IMG/VR virus record: IMGVR_UViG_3300026484_000515
Span: 1,711 to 65,710 of that record
Strand: one strand, 5' to 3'
Origin: a virus
Lineage: Duplodnaviria > Caudoviricetes
Length of the DNA: 64,000 nucleotides
Made by a program: the position numbers and the translations under genes. Shown in pieces: positions 39,110-48,519 of this stretch. Within the stretch, counting starts at the first letter, position 1, and every line of letters starts with the position of its first letter. The notes beneath the pieces are model-generated. The model searched no databases, had not been told where the DNA came from, and saw only the letters and a program-made list of their open reading frames with translations.

Positions 39110-39613
39110 ATGGCAAAGATGACACAGTTAGAAAAAGAAGTTTATAAAATATTTTCTGGCAATACAGATATAATAAATCTTGCAAAAGAGATAAATTCAA
39201 CAAAAGATACAGAAAAATTTGAAAGGTTGGTAAAAGAAATAAGCAATAATAAGAAAGTTAAACAAATGAAAATGAATCCTGAAGAAATTGCTTTGATAAT
39301 ACTTGATTTAGTTGATAGGAAGATTTTAAAAGAAAAGTTTTCTTATGTAGATTACTTTGTAAATGTTTTAGTAGAAGAACAGGATGAGGAGGGAGAAGAA
39401 GAAATGAATTTAGATGTTTTTCTTGATGATTTAAACTATCTTTTGGAAAATGCAGATACGGATTTGGAAATTGCATTAATTGAATTTATAAGAGAACTCG
39501 CTTATGATGAAGTTATTAGTGATGAATGGATAGAAAGATTTTATGAAATTTTGGAAGAAGTAGCTGCTGAATTGGTTGATAATCTTGAAGGTGAAGAAGA
39601 AAATGAAGAATGA
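39110..39613 (+). CDS. Acidic protein, possible prohead core component
   Basis: Very E/D-rich C-terminal half with L-x-E sites; next to the gp68-like gene. Confidence 0.5.
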   Translation: MAKMTQLEKEVYKIFSGNTDIINLAKEINSTKDTEKFERLVKEISNNKKVKQMKMNPEEIALIILDLVDRKILKEKFSYVDYFVNVLVEEQDEEGEEEMNLDVFLDDLNYLLENADTDLEIALIEFIRELAYDEVISDEWIERFYEILEEVAAELVDNLEGEEENEE

Positions 39614-39746
39614 GGAAATTGATGAAATTCTGGAAACTGTTAAAGAATTGAAGGAAAAATTTGGAAAAAATGATGAAACATTGAAATTTGTGGAGGAATA
39701 TTTAAAATCCTTAAAAGAGGAAGAAGATGGAAAAGAAGATTTTTAG
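39603..39746 (+). CDS. small hypothetical protein (47 aa)
   Basis: Manual translation MKNEEIDEILETVKELKEKFGKNDETLKFVEEYLKSLKEEEDGKEDF; fills gap. Confidence 0.5.
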   Translation: MKNEEIDEILETVKELKEKFGKNDETLKFVEEYLKSLKEEEDGKEDF

Positions 39747-40161
39747 TGGGTATTTTATTTGTCCTGTTTGTAATCAGGTAAAAGAAATTCCATGGTTGAT
39801 TACGGAAGAGCAAGATGTTGTTATTCAGTTTACTCCATCTGGAATTAAAAAGATGAAATTTGAATGTGATTGTGGAGCAAGATGGGAAGTAGGAATAATG
39901 GAACAGAATGAGTTAGAAGAACAAAGAAAAATTAAATGGGTAGTAAGACATGGAAAGAAAGTGAGGAAAATAGAATGTCCTCCTGGATATAAGGTGGTTG
40001 ATGGACAATGTAGAAGAATGACTGCTCAAGAAAGGATAAAGAGAAAGAAAGCAGCTAAAAAGAGATTAAGAAAAATAAGACCTAAATTGAGATTGATTTT
40101 AAGGAAGAGGAGATTCTCTTTAAAGAAGAGAAAGACTTTAGGATTAGATAAAAGGAAGTAA
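39727..40161 (+). CDS. Prohead core protein gp68-like with N-terminal zinc ribbon
   Basis: C-terminal basic helix RMTAQERIKRKKAAKK...RKRRFSLKKRKTLGL like T4 gp68; CPVC...CDCG at N-terminus. Confidence 0.65.
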   Translation: MEKKIFSGYFICPVCNQVKEIPWLITEEQDVVIQFTPSGIKKMKFECDCGARWEVGIMEQNELEEQRKIKWVVRHGKKVRKIECPPGYKVVDGQCRRMTAQERIKRKKAAKKRLRKIRPKLRLILRKRRFSLKKRKTLGLDKRK

Positions 40162-40572
40162 ATGATAGAATTTGAAACAAGATTCTACATAACAAATTTA
40201 AACAAATTTGTTGATTTTATCTTCCTTCCTACCTTTGAAACTGGTTGTCAAATCTTTCTTTCTAAAGAATTAGGTAAAGTTCTTTACTGGTTTGATTCAT
40301 GGGAATTAGATGGATATGAAATTTATTTTGCTATTGACATCCAGGATAGAATTTCCTATCTTAATCCAAGAGGTTTGTTTTTAATGTATGATGTAGAGTT
40401 TGCAATTTTAGATGGTGATAAAATGACTTTCTTTGATGCAGATTGGATAAAAGAAAAGGTGTTAAAAGAAGAAATTGATGATGAATTGTTGACAAGTTAT
40501 ATTGTTCTTGAATATTTTAGAAAACAAGTAAAAACAAAAAAAGGAGGACAGGAATGGGAAAATTGGTTTTGA
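40162..40572 (+). CDS. hypothetical protein
   Basis: 136-aa ORF. Confidence 0.65.
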   Translation: MIEFETRFYITNLNKFVDFIFLPTFETGCQIFLSKELGKVLYWFDSWELDGYEIYFAIDIQDRISYLNPRGLFLMYDVEFAILDGDKMTFFDADWIKEKVLKEEIDDELLTSYIVLEYFRKQVKTKKGGQEWENWF

Positions 40573-41303
40573 CAGATACTGATGTTAGTTTCCTTTCAAC
40601 AATAGCTACTCTTGATTCTGTAATCTTCCATCCGGAGAAAAAAGCATTTTTTGCTGTTGATAATGAAGGTTCTATGTGTGTAAAAATAGTCCCTGAGAAA
40701 TCCAATGAAATAGAAGTTGATAACATAATTTATCTAATTAACATTCGCCAGATTGCGAATATCTTAAAGAGGTTCCTTTCAAAGAGAAAGGAAGTTCCGA
40801 ATATTGTTGAATTGAAAGTGGAAAATACAAGGATTATTTTCAAGGATAATGAATCAAATATAACTTACAGATTCATACTTGGAAATGAAACTCTTGTGGA
40901 GGATTTTATCAAATTTGTAGAAAAATTTGATTCATGGCTGGATTCATTTGAATCTATTTGTTCATTCACATTGACTTCAGATAAGAGAAAAGAATTACTT
41001 TATGCCCTTTCATCTTATAAGGATGGAAAAATAGGATTTGAATCCAGGGATGGAAAGATATATGTTGTGATATTTTCTGGTTCATCTTCTCTTGAAGAGA
41101 AAGAGTATTTCTTTGAAATGGAATTGCCTACATTAAAGAATATATCTAAGGAAATTTTTGTTGTTATAGAACCCAAATTCCTGAAATATCTTTATGATGT
41201 GGAATATGATGTTGAAATTCTTGAAAATGAAAAGAATGTAAAGATTATAAAGATGCAGAAAAACAATTTAATGTATGTTGCTGTTGAACAGTTTCTTGAA
41301 TAG
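40554..41303 (+). CDS. gp45: Sliding clamp gp45
   Basis: 249 aa, directly upstream of gp44/gp62, acidic, C-terminal YDVEI...YVAVE. Confidence 0.7.
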   Translation: MGKLVLTDTDVSFLSTIATLDSVIFHPEKKAFFAVDNEGSMCVKIVPEKSNEIEVDNIIYLINIRQIANILKRFLSKRKEVPNIVELKVENTRIIFKDNESNITYRFILGNETLVEDFIKFVEKFDSWLDSFESICSFTLTSDKRKELLYALSSYKDGKIGFESRDGKIYVVIFSGSSSLEEKEYFFEMELPTLKNISKEIFVVIEPKFLKYLYDVEYDVEILENEKNVKIIKMQKNNLMYVAVEQFLE

Positions 41304-41328
41304 AAGTGAAAAAAATCGGAGGTTGTAA

Positions 41329-42282
41329 ATGGATATTTGGGCGGAAAAGTATAGACCAAAGAAATTTGAAGATTTGATACTTCCTTCAACAGTTGAAAAT
41401 CTTTACAAGAAAATTCTTGAAACAAAAGAAATTCCTAATTTACTTTTGTATTCTTCACCTGGAACAGGAAAAACATCGTCTGTAAAGGTTCTTGCAAAAG
41501 AATTAGATTATGAAGTTTTATATATCAATGCTTCTCTTGAAAACACAATAGATGTAATAAGAACAAAAGTTCAAACTTTTGCTGCTTCTAAATCATTCTT
41601 TGGAAAAAGGAAACTATGTTTTCTTGATGAGGCAGATAGAATTTCAATAGATGGTTTAAATTCACTAAAAGTGTTGATAGAACAGTTTTCTTCTAATTGT
41701 TCATTTGTAATAGCAACTAATTACATTGCAAAATTTCCTGAACCAATTATTTCAAGATTCCAAGTGGTCAATTTTGAAGAATATGATGAGGAAGAGGAAA
41801 GAGAATTACAGAAAAAATATGCTGGAAGATTGTTAAAAATTCTGAAAAATGAAGGTGTAAAAAATGTTGATAAGGAATTAAAAAGAGCACTTATAAGACT
41901 TGTTCAAAAAACTTTTCCTGACTTAAGAAAAGCAATTGTAGAGTTGCAAAGATTGTATTATTCTTATGGAGAAAATATTACAGTAGAAGCAGTTGATAAA
42001 CATGTGAAGGATTTTATTGAAGAAACTATCAAAAAGATTTATCAAGGAAAGTATAGAGAAGTGGTCAAAGAAATTCTTTCTAAACTTACTCCTGAACAAT
42101 TTTATGTGGAAGTTTATCGGAAAATGAAGAAAGCAGTAAACGTTTCTGATGAAGATTTAATGGGTGTAATGATGATTCTTGCCAAGTATGCTCACCAGCA
42201 TTATATTACAGTTGATAGAGAATTAAATCTTGCTGCTTGTATAGCTGAGTTAATTACATTCCTTATGAAGGAGAAAAAATGA
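41329..42282 (+). CDS. gp44: Clamp loader large subunit gp44
   Basis: WAEKYRP, IPNLLL..SPGTGKT, INAS, LDEAD, FSSNC.F, SRF, FPDLRK. Confidence 0.95.
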   Translation: MDIWAEKYRPKKFEDLILPSTVENLYKKILETKEIPNLLLYSSPGTGKTSSVKVLAKELDYEVLYINASLENTIDVIRTKVQTFAASKSFFGKRKLCFLDEADRISIDGLNSLKVLIEQFSSNCSFVIATNYIAKFPEPIISRFQVVNFEEYDEEEERELQKKYAGRLLKILKNEGVKNVDKELKRALIRLVQKTFPDLRKAIVELQRLYYSYGENITVEAVDKHVKDFIEETIKKIYQGKYREVVKEILSKLTPEQFYVEVYRKMKKAVNVSDEDLMGVMMILAKYAHQHYITVDRELNLAACIAELITFLMKEKK

Positions 42283-42692
42283 ATCCTTTTGAACTTGCAA
42301 AGAAATTAATGAAAGGTGAAGCAATTACAGATGATGAATACCGTTTAATTCAGAAACATTACTATCTTTTAAGGCGGATATTTGCTTCCAGAATGTATTT
42401 TGCATATGTTTTGAATAATACTAACATTTACACATTTACACCAGAAATGATAGCAGATTATATGAAGTATGTAATTCCATATGTGGTTTATCATTATCGT
42501 TTGAAAAAAGAGCAATATCTCAAAAATATCTTTCCTAAAAAGAAAGATAAAGAGGAAAAGAAAGAATTTTATGAGTATCTTACAAGACTTGGATATGATT
42601 ATAAAACTTATGAAATGGCAAAAGAAATGAGTGAAGAATATAAGGAAATAGAAAAAGAATTCAAAAAAGTTAAAAAGGAGTTAAAGAAGTGA
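42279..42692 (+). CDS. gp62: Clamp loader small subunit gp62
   Basis: MNPFE start, size and position after gp44. Confidence 0.65.
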   Translation: MNPFELAKKLMKGEAITDDEYRLIQKHYYLLRRIFASRMYFAYVLNNTNIYTFTPEMIADYMKYVIPYVVYHYRLKKEQYLKNIFPKKKDKEEKKEFYEYLTRLGYDYKTYEMAKEMSEEYKEIEKEFKKVKKELKK

Positions 42693-43813
42693 AAGATGCT
42701 TTTTATTTGAGAATTTTGAAAATACCTTTTAAAGAAAGGATATATCATCGTTTTTATGAGAATGGTAAGAGAAAAGAGGAAATTTTTGATTTTCCTGTTT
42801 CATTTGTTATCAAAAACAATGCTTCATTAAATGACTATCCGGAACATTGGGGAGTTTATAAGAAATTCATTAGCAATGAAGAGTATTTGTTAGTAAAAGA
42901 TAAGAAGATTGATACAGATTCTTATAAAGTTGAAAAACCTGATATAAAAACTCTTTTTACAATTTTAAAATATCCAGAACCTATTAGATATGATAAATCA
43001 AAAATTCGGATTTTAAACATAGATATAGAAGTTCATTCGGAAAAAGAATTTCCAAAACCAGAAATTGCAAAACATCCGATTGTGTCTATTACATGTCAGG
43101 ATATGGTAGAGAATAAATTTTGGGTTTTTGCTTTAGGAAAAGAAGTGGAAATAAAACAACCAAATGTGAAAGCATTCTTTTTTGATTCAGAAAAAGAATT
43201 GATTGTTAAATTCTTAAAATTTTATCAAAAATTCCATCCGGATATCATAACAGGATGGTATATAAGTGGATTTGATATCCCTTATATTCAAAATAGAATT
43301 GTCAATCTTTTCCAGAATTCTGAAAAAAGATTAATTGCTCTTGCTACATTTTCTTTAATTTCAAAAAAGTTAATGAAAGAAGTTATAGATGTATATCTAT
43401 CTAAGAGACCTTTGAAAGATTTAGAAGATTACCTAAAAACAAAAATCCATGGTGCAGCTGTTCTTGATTACATAGACCTTTATAAAAAATTTCAACTTAA
43501 AAAGTTATCATCTTATTCTCTTGATTCTGTTGCTTCATTTGAATTAGGGGAGCATAAGATTGATTATTCGGAATATCTTTCTCTTAAAAATTTGTATAAG
43601 GAAAACTTTCAAAAGTTTATAGAGTATAACATACGAGATGTTGAGTTGGTCTATCTTATAGACAAAAAAGTAAAGTTTATTGACTTGACGTTGCTTATGA
43701 GTTATGCTGCAAGAAGTGATTTTGAAGATGTTCTTGGTGTAGTTAAAAGATGGGAAAAGAAAATATTCTATTATTTGATGACTGAGTATAAAACATTTAT
43801 TTGCAAAAATTAA
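42689..43813 (+). CDS. gp43: DNA polymerase gp43, N-terminal/3'-5' exonuclease half
   Basis: ExoI DIEV, ExoII DIITGWYISGFDIPYI, LDYIDLYKK, SYSLDSVA..ELGE.K, ExoIII YNIRDV. Confidence 0.92.
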   Translation: MKDAFYLRILKIPFKERIYHRFYENGKRKEEIFDFPVSFVIKNNASLNDYPEHWGVYKKFISNEEYLLVKDKKIDTDSYKVEKPDIKTLFTILKYPEPIRYDKSKIRILNIDIEVHSEKEFPKPEIAKHPIVSITCQDMVENKFWVFALGKEVEIKQPNVKAFFFDSEKELIVKFLKFYQKFHPDIITGWYISGFDIPYIQNRIVNLFQNSEKRLIALATFSLISKKLMKEVIDVYLSKRPLKDLEDYLKTKIHGAAVLDYIDLYKKFQLKKLSSYSLDSVASFELGEHKIDYSEYLSLKNLYKENFQKFIEYNIRDVELVYLIDKKVKFIDLTLLMSYAARSDFEDVLGVVKRWEKKIFYYLMTEYKTFICKN

Positions 43814-43832
43814 ATTTTTGATGGTGAAAATT

Positions 43833-45962
43833 ATGATGTCCCTTATTAAAATTTCTGAAATATCAGAAAAAGATTTAAATTTATTGAAGATAAAAGATTT
43901 AGTTGAAATAAAAGAAGCTAATCAGTTTAAAAAACTTTTAATTAATGATTTGTATTATTATTTGAGAAATCATGGAATAGAAGAAGATGAAGTTTTTGAA
44001 ATTATCATGAATCTGTTTCTTATGAAAATTTATGATGAATTAAAACATATCGATAAGCCAGAAGAAGAACTGGATTTTCAAATAAAACCAGAAGATTATT
44101 TTAATCCTGATAATTTTTATAAGAGAATGAAAAAATTGTTATTTGAAGTTTATACTGAATTGTTTTATGAAGATGTTGAAATAGCAAGAAAAAAAGAAAT
44201 TTTAAAACATAAGGAAAAAGAAAAAATTCTTTTAGAAATTGTTTTTCATCTTCAAAAATTTAAATTTAGAAGTTTAAGGTTTTTGGATGAGGATATTATT
44301 GGAGATATTTTTCTTAATTTTTTACATTCTATTTTCAGACAAAATAAAGGTCTTTTCTTTACTCATCCTAATATATGTCAATTTGTATGTAAATCTTTAG
44401 GTATAGAGAAAGTTAAAGATGATTTAATTGAAAAACAGTCTTGTAAATTTATACTTGATCCATCTTGTGGTTCAGGTGCTTTTTTAATATCAGCTTTGCG
44501 TTTATTGTTTTTGAATTGTAGTGAAGTAGATAAAAGAAAATTTGCATCTAAAATTTTATACGGAATTGATAGTGATCCTAAGAACGTAATTTTATGTAAA
44601 GTGAATATGTTTGTTCATGGTGATTGTTTTGGAAATATCTACAAAGGAGATGCTTTAGAACCTCTTATTGATTTACCATTTCCTTTTGTAAAAGAAGAGA
44701 ATATTGAAAGATTTGATAATGGAGTAACTAAAGAAAGTTTAAAGGGAGGAAATGGAGTAGATTTCATTATTTCTAATCCTCCATTTAGTTTAAAGAAGAA
44801 ATTTAAAGAATGTGAACATTTTAGAATGAAAGATTTTATTCCTTTTAAGAATGGTGTTACTAATGCTTCAGAATGTCTTTTTATTGAAAGATGGTTTCAA
44901 CTTCTTAAACCGAAAGGTCGTTTGGGTGTTGTTTTACCTTGTGCATTATTTGATAGTAAGGAATATTTAGAAGCAAAACTATTATTTTCATGTTATTTTA
45001 AAATTGTGGCAATTATAAGTCTTCCTGAACATGTTTTCTTTCCTTATGCGCAACAGAAAACGGTTTTAGTTTTTGCAGAGAGAAGGGATATTAAGGAAAG
45101 TAATGAACTTTATAATGTTTTACTAAAAAACGGAAAGGAAGGATTAGTAAAAAGAATAGGAACAGAAAAGATTATCTGTTTTAATGTTGAAAATATAGGT
45201 TATAGAAGGTTAAAAAGACAAAGAAATATCATTACAGAAAAAGTGGATAAAAATGATCTTACAGATGATTTAGCAAAAATAATACTTGACGCATTTGAAG
45301 GGAATTTTACTGAATCTTCTAAAGTAATTGTAAAAAGTTTAAAAGATTTTTGGCAAAATCAAAATTTGCATGTTTCTTCTTTCAAGAAAGATAGAGAAAC
45401 TATTACACTTAAGGAAATGGGTTGGAAAATAGTAGCTGTTGAAAAAATAGAATATGAAGAATTGAAGGATATAGATGTTGAAAATTTATTTTTGTGCGAA
45501 ACAGGTGACATAGTTTCTGGCGGAGCAGGTATTATAACGCCCAAAAAACTTAGTGCCACTACTTCGTCCAATAGAGAAAGAATTTTAAAGAAAATAAAAA
45601 GCGGAAAATTCGGTCGTCTTAAGGAAGGGGATGTAATTATAGCGCCTGTTAGAGTTTATCAAGGCAAGATAGCTGTTGTGCTGGGGGAAGCGTCTAATTT
45701 TCTCTTTTCCAAGGACTTTATAGTTCTCAGAAAGGAAGATATTACTGATCCCCTGGAGTCTCTTTTTGTGTTCAAAGTTTTAACTGAAAAGGAAAATCTT
45801 GATAGACTTATGGAACTTTCATCTACGGGGAAAAGTGGGTATCCTAAAATAAAAGACAAGGAGAAAATTTTGGAAATTGGATTTTTTAAACTTGAAATTG
45901 AAAAGAAAGAACTTAAGGAACTTAAAAGTCTTTATGAAACAATTTATAAGAAACTTTTTTAA
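43833..45962 (+). CDS. N6-adenine DNA methyltransferase (HsdM/type IIG-like) fused to C-terminal target-recognition domain; no nuclease domain
   Basis: KIYDE, KGLFFTHPNI, ILDPSCGSGAFL, YGID, ISNPPF, LFIERW..LLKPKGRLGVVLP, ISLPEHVF; TRD-like L..GDVII...Y.GKIAV...FIVLR; GGTGA SD supports ATG 43833 (ORF track start 43818). Confidence 0.9.
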   Translation: MMSLIKISEISEKDLNLLKIKDLVEIKEANQFKKLLINDLYYYLRNHGIEEDEVFEIIMNLFLMKIYDELKHIDKPEEELDFQIKPEDYFNPDNFYKRMKKLLFEVYTELFYEDVEIARKKEILKHKEKEKILLEIVFHLQKFKFRSLRFLDEDIIGDIFLNFLHSIFRQNKGLFFTHPNICQFVCKSLGIEKVKDDLIEKQSCKFILDPSCGSGAFLISALRLLFLNCSEVDKRKFASKILYGIDSDPKNVILCKVNMFVHGDCFGNIYKGDALEPLIDLPFPFVKEENIERFDNGVTKESLKGGNGVDFIISNPPFSLKKKFKECEHFRMKDFIPFKNGVTNASECLFIERWFQLLKPKGRLGVVLPCALFDSKEYLEAKLLFSCYFKIVAIISLPEHVFFPYAQQKTVLVFAERRDIKESNELYNVLLKNGKEGLVKRIGTEKIICFNVENIGYRRLKRQRNIITEKVDKNDLTDDLAKIILDAFEGNFTESSKVIVKSLKDFWQNQNLHVSSFKKDRETITLKEMGWKIVAVEKIEYEELKDIDVENLFLCETGDIVSGGAGIITPKKLSATTSSNRERILKKIKSGKFGRLKEGDVIIAPVRVYQGKIAVVLGEASNFLFSKDFIVLRKEDITDPLESLFVFKVLTEKENLDRLMELSSTGKSGYPKIKDKEKILEIGFFKLEIEKKELKELKSLYETIYKKLF

Positions 45963-45973
45963 AAGGAGGGAAC

Positions 45974-47578
45974 ATGTCAGACAAAAAAATAATAGGTGCT
46001 TATGTAAAAGATATAAATCCTGGTGTTTATAAGAATGTATGTGTCTTTGATATAACATCTTCTTATCCTAATCAAATAATTCATTGTAACATTTCACCAG
46101 AAACTTATATTCCGGAAATTCCTGAAGATTTGAGATACATTTTAACAGAAAGACTTGAAGATCACTTAATAAGACCACCTAAAATTCAATCAGAATTAGA
46201 TGATATTTTGAGGAAAGTTTTCTTTGATTTGGATTGGTTTGAAGAGAAAGTAACACCATATTTGAAAGCAAATGATTTAATCCTTACAGCAAATTTAACT
46301 CTTTTTAGGAAAGATAAAATAGGTTCATTTGCAAGATTGACAAAGATAACTTTTGAAAACAGAAAAAAGTGGAAGAGAATTTATCAAGCGCTTGAGAGAT
46401 TATACGGTTTACTTGAAAAAGGTGAAATTTCTCAAGAGAATTTGAAGAATGAAATAAAAAAGCTAATTGAAACATATCAGGAGAATTTTGAAATTGTAGC
46501 TTTCTTGAAAGAACTTTTGAGTAATGAAAGAATAACAAAAGAAAAATTGCATGATTTTATGACAACTGCTGATTTGATTCAGTATGCTCTTAAAGTTGAA
46601 ATCAATGCATTTTATGGTGCTTTTTCTAATACAGGGTTTATGTTCTTTGAGAAAAATATGGCACAGACCATTACAGCTATGGGACAGTTATGTATAAGAG
46701 GAGTTGCTAATGAAATAGAAAAAAGAATTAAGGGTTGTGTTAACATATACAATGATACAGATTCTTGTTTCCTCATGTTTCCTGAAATAGAAAACCCTTA
46801 TGATATTCTGAAAAAAGAAGAGGAAATTAACAAAGTAATTAATGATTATTTTGATAGACTGACAGAAGTTTTAAATTTAACTGAAAGAAGAATTTTTATG
46901 GAAATGGAAACAGTTTCTGATATTTCAATTTTCATGGCTAAAAAGAAATACATAATGAAATTGATTTGGAAAGAAGGTGTTGAATATGATAAAGATGAAA
47001 AGCCATATCACTATAAGATAAAAGGATTTGATGTAATAAAATCTTCTACGCCAGAATTTGCAAGGGAAAGACTTGAAAAGGTTATAGATATGACGTTTGA
47101 TTACTTGATGGGTAAAAGTGATTTGAATATTATAAGGAAATATTTGCAAGATGAATACAGAAACTTTCTTAAAGCACCTGTTGAAGATATTGCTTTTGCA
47201 AGACAGGTGAACAATATTGGTAAGTTTTTGTCAAATTCAGGACTTTACAAAAAAGGAACTCCTGTTCATGTTAAAGGAGCAATCATTTACAATCGGTTGG
47301 TAGATATTCTGAATTTGCCTGTTGATAAGATATATGATGGTGATAAAATAAAGTGGTTATATGTTCATGAAGATGGGAAGTATAAGACAAATTCTATTGC
47401 CTTTAAACATTTTATGCCGAAAGAAATATTAAGAGAATTTAAGATAGATTATGAGAAGCAATATCAAATGGGAATGCTTGCACCTCTTGAACCTTTATTC
47501 AAGGCAGTTGGTTGTTTGGATAAGATAAGTCTTGAAACTGAAAAACTGATGAGTCAAAAGAGAAATAGATTATTTTGA
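45974..47578 (+). CDS. gp43: DNA polymerase gp43, C-terminal polymerase half
   Basis: GAYV, FDITSSYPN, NISPET, K.EINAFYGA, ITAMGQ, YNDTDS, AKKKY, KSSTP, TPVHVKGA; own GGAGG SD; C-terminal clamp-binding-like LF. Confidence 0.93.
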   Translation: MSDKKIIGAYVKDINPGVYKNVCVFDITSSYPNQIIHCNISPETYIPEIPEDLRYILTERLEDHLIRPPKIQSELDDILRKVFFDLDWFEEKVTPYLKANDLILTANLTLFRKDKIGSFARLTKITFENRKKWKRIYQALERLYGLLEKGEISQENLKNEIKKLIETYQENFEIVAFLKELLSNERITKEKLHDFMTTADLIQYALKVEINAFYGAFSNTGFMFFEKNMAQTITAMGQLCIRGVANEIEKRIKGCVNIYNDTDSCFLMFPEIENPYDILKKEEEINKVINDYFDRLTEVLNLTERRIFMEMETVSDISIFMAKKKYIMKLIWKEGVEYDKDEKPYHYKIKGFDVIKSSTPEFARERLEKVIDMTFDYLMGKSDLNIIRKYLQDEYRNFLKAPVEDIAFARQVNNIGKFLSNSGLYKKGTPVHVKGAIIYNRLVDILNLPVDKIYDGDKIKWLYVHEDGKYKTNSIAFKHFMPKEILREFKIDYEKQYQMGMLAPLEPLFKAVGCLDKISLETEKLMSQKRNRLF

Positions 47579-47588
47579 GGGGTGAATA

Positions 47589-48509
47589 ATGATACTAATT
47601 GATTTTACTCACTTGTTTTATAGGAATTTGTTTATGAACATTGATAAAATTGCAGCGAATGAAAACTTTTTATATCATGTAATTTTACAGGATTTGGTAT
47701 TTTATGGAAAGAAATTTAATCACAATAAAAGAAATAGATTAGTAATTGCTTGTGATAATGGTTCATGGAGAAGAAAATTTTTTAAGGAAAACAAAGATAG
47801 ATTTCCAGAATATCAGCAACAGGATATAGGAAAATACAAGGGGACAAGAAAAAGACAGGAAATTCCTTTTTCTTATGAAAGAGCATATGAGATTATGGAT
47901 GATACTATTGAAAAAATGGATAAATGGACAAATTTTGTGGTAATGAAAGTGAAAGATGCAGAAGCTGATGATATAATAGCAGTTTTAACAAAGAATTTAA
48001 AAGATGAACCTGTTGTAATTGTATCTTCGGATAAAGACTTTAAACAATTATTCAGATATAGAGATGATTTAATTATTTTTGACCCGATAAAGAAAAAAGA
48101 AATAAGAAGAAGAGATGTGATTAATCCTGACTTTTTCTTAAAAAAGCATATTATTATGGGTGATAGAATAGACGGAATACTTCCGATTAAGAAGAGATGT
48201 GGAGAGAAGACAGCTGAAAAAATGGCAAAAGAAATTGATAAATTACTCGCTTTAAACCCTGAAATGAAAGAAAGGTATGAGTTTAATGAAGTGTTAATAT
48301 CTTTTGATAAAATACCTGAAGAAATTGAAAGGAAAATAATGGATGAGTGGGAAAAGAAAAAAGATGAATATAATTACAATGAAATAGAATTGATGAGATG
48401 GCTGAATTCAAAATCCTTGAAACAACATTCAAGAAACATAAAGTTGTTTAAGGAAAATAGAGAAACGGATATAATGAAAAGGACATATTCATTATCAGAT
48501 TTACTTTAG
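47589..48509 (+). CDS. rnh: RNase H / 5'-3' flap exonuclease
   Basis: ILIDF, IACD..SWR, YKGTR, AEADDII, VSSDKDF.QL, MGDRIDGI; C-terminal SLSDLL clamp motif. Confidence 0.93.
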   Translation: MILIDFTHLFYRNLFMNIDKIAANENFLYHVILQDLVFYGKKFNHNKRNRLVIACDNGSWRRKFFKENKDRFPEYQQQDIGKYKGTRKRQEIPFSYERAYEIMDDTIEKMDKWTNFVVMKVKDAEADDIIAVLTKNLKDEPVVIVSSDKDFKQLFRYRDDLIIFDPIKKKEIRRRDVINPDFFLKKHIIMGDRIDGILPIKKRCGEKTAEKMAKEIDKLLALNPEMKERYEFNEVLISFDKIPEEIERKIMDEWEKKKDEYNYNEIELMRWLNSKSLKQHSRNIKLFKENRETDIMKRTYSLSDLL

Positions 48510-48519
48510 AGGTAGGAAA

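Noticed and set aside
43800-45975. MTase as a transposon or IS cargo
   Set aside because: No terminal inverted repeats, target-site duplication, transposase or homing endonuclease seen.
43790-46010. Split intein or self-splicing intron joining the gp43 halves
   Set aside because: The ICKN end is too short for an N-intein, gp43B has no HN-C/S/T junction, and there is no non-coding room for group I/II intron structure around the MTase.
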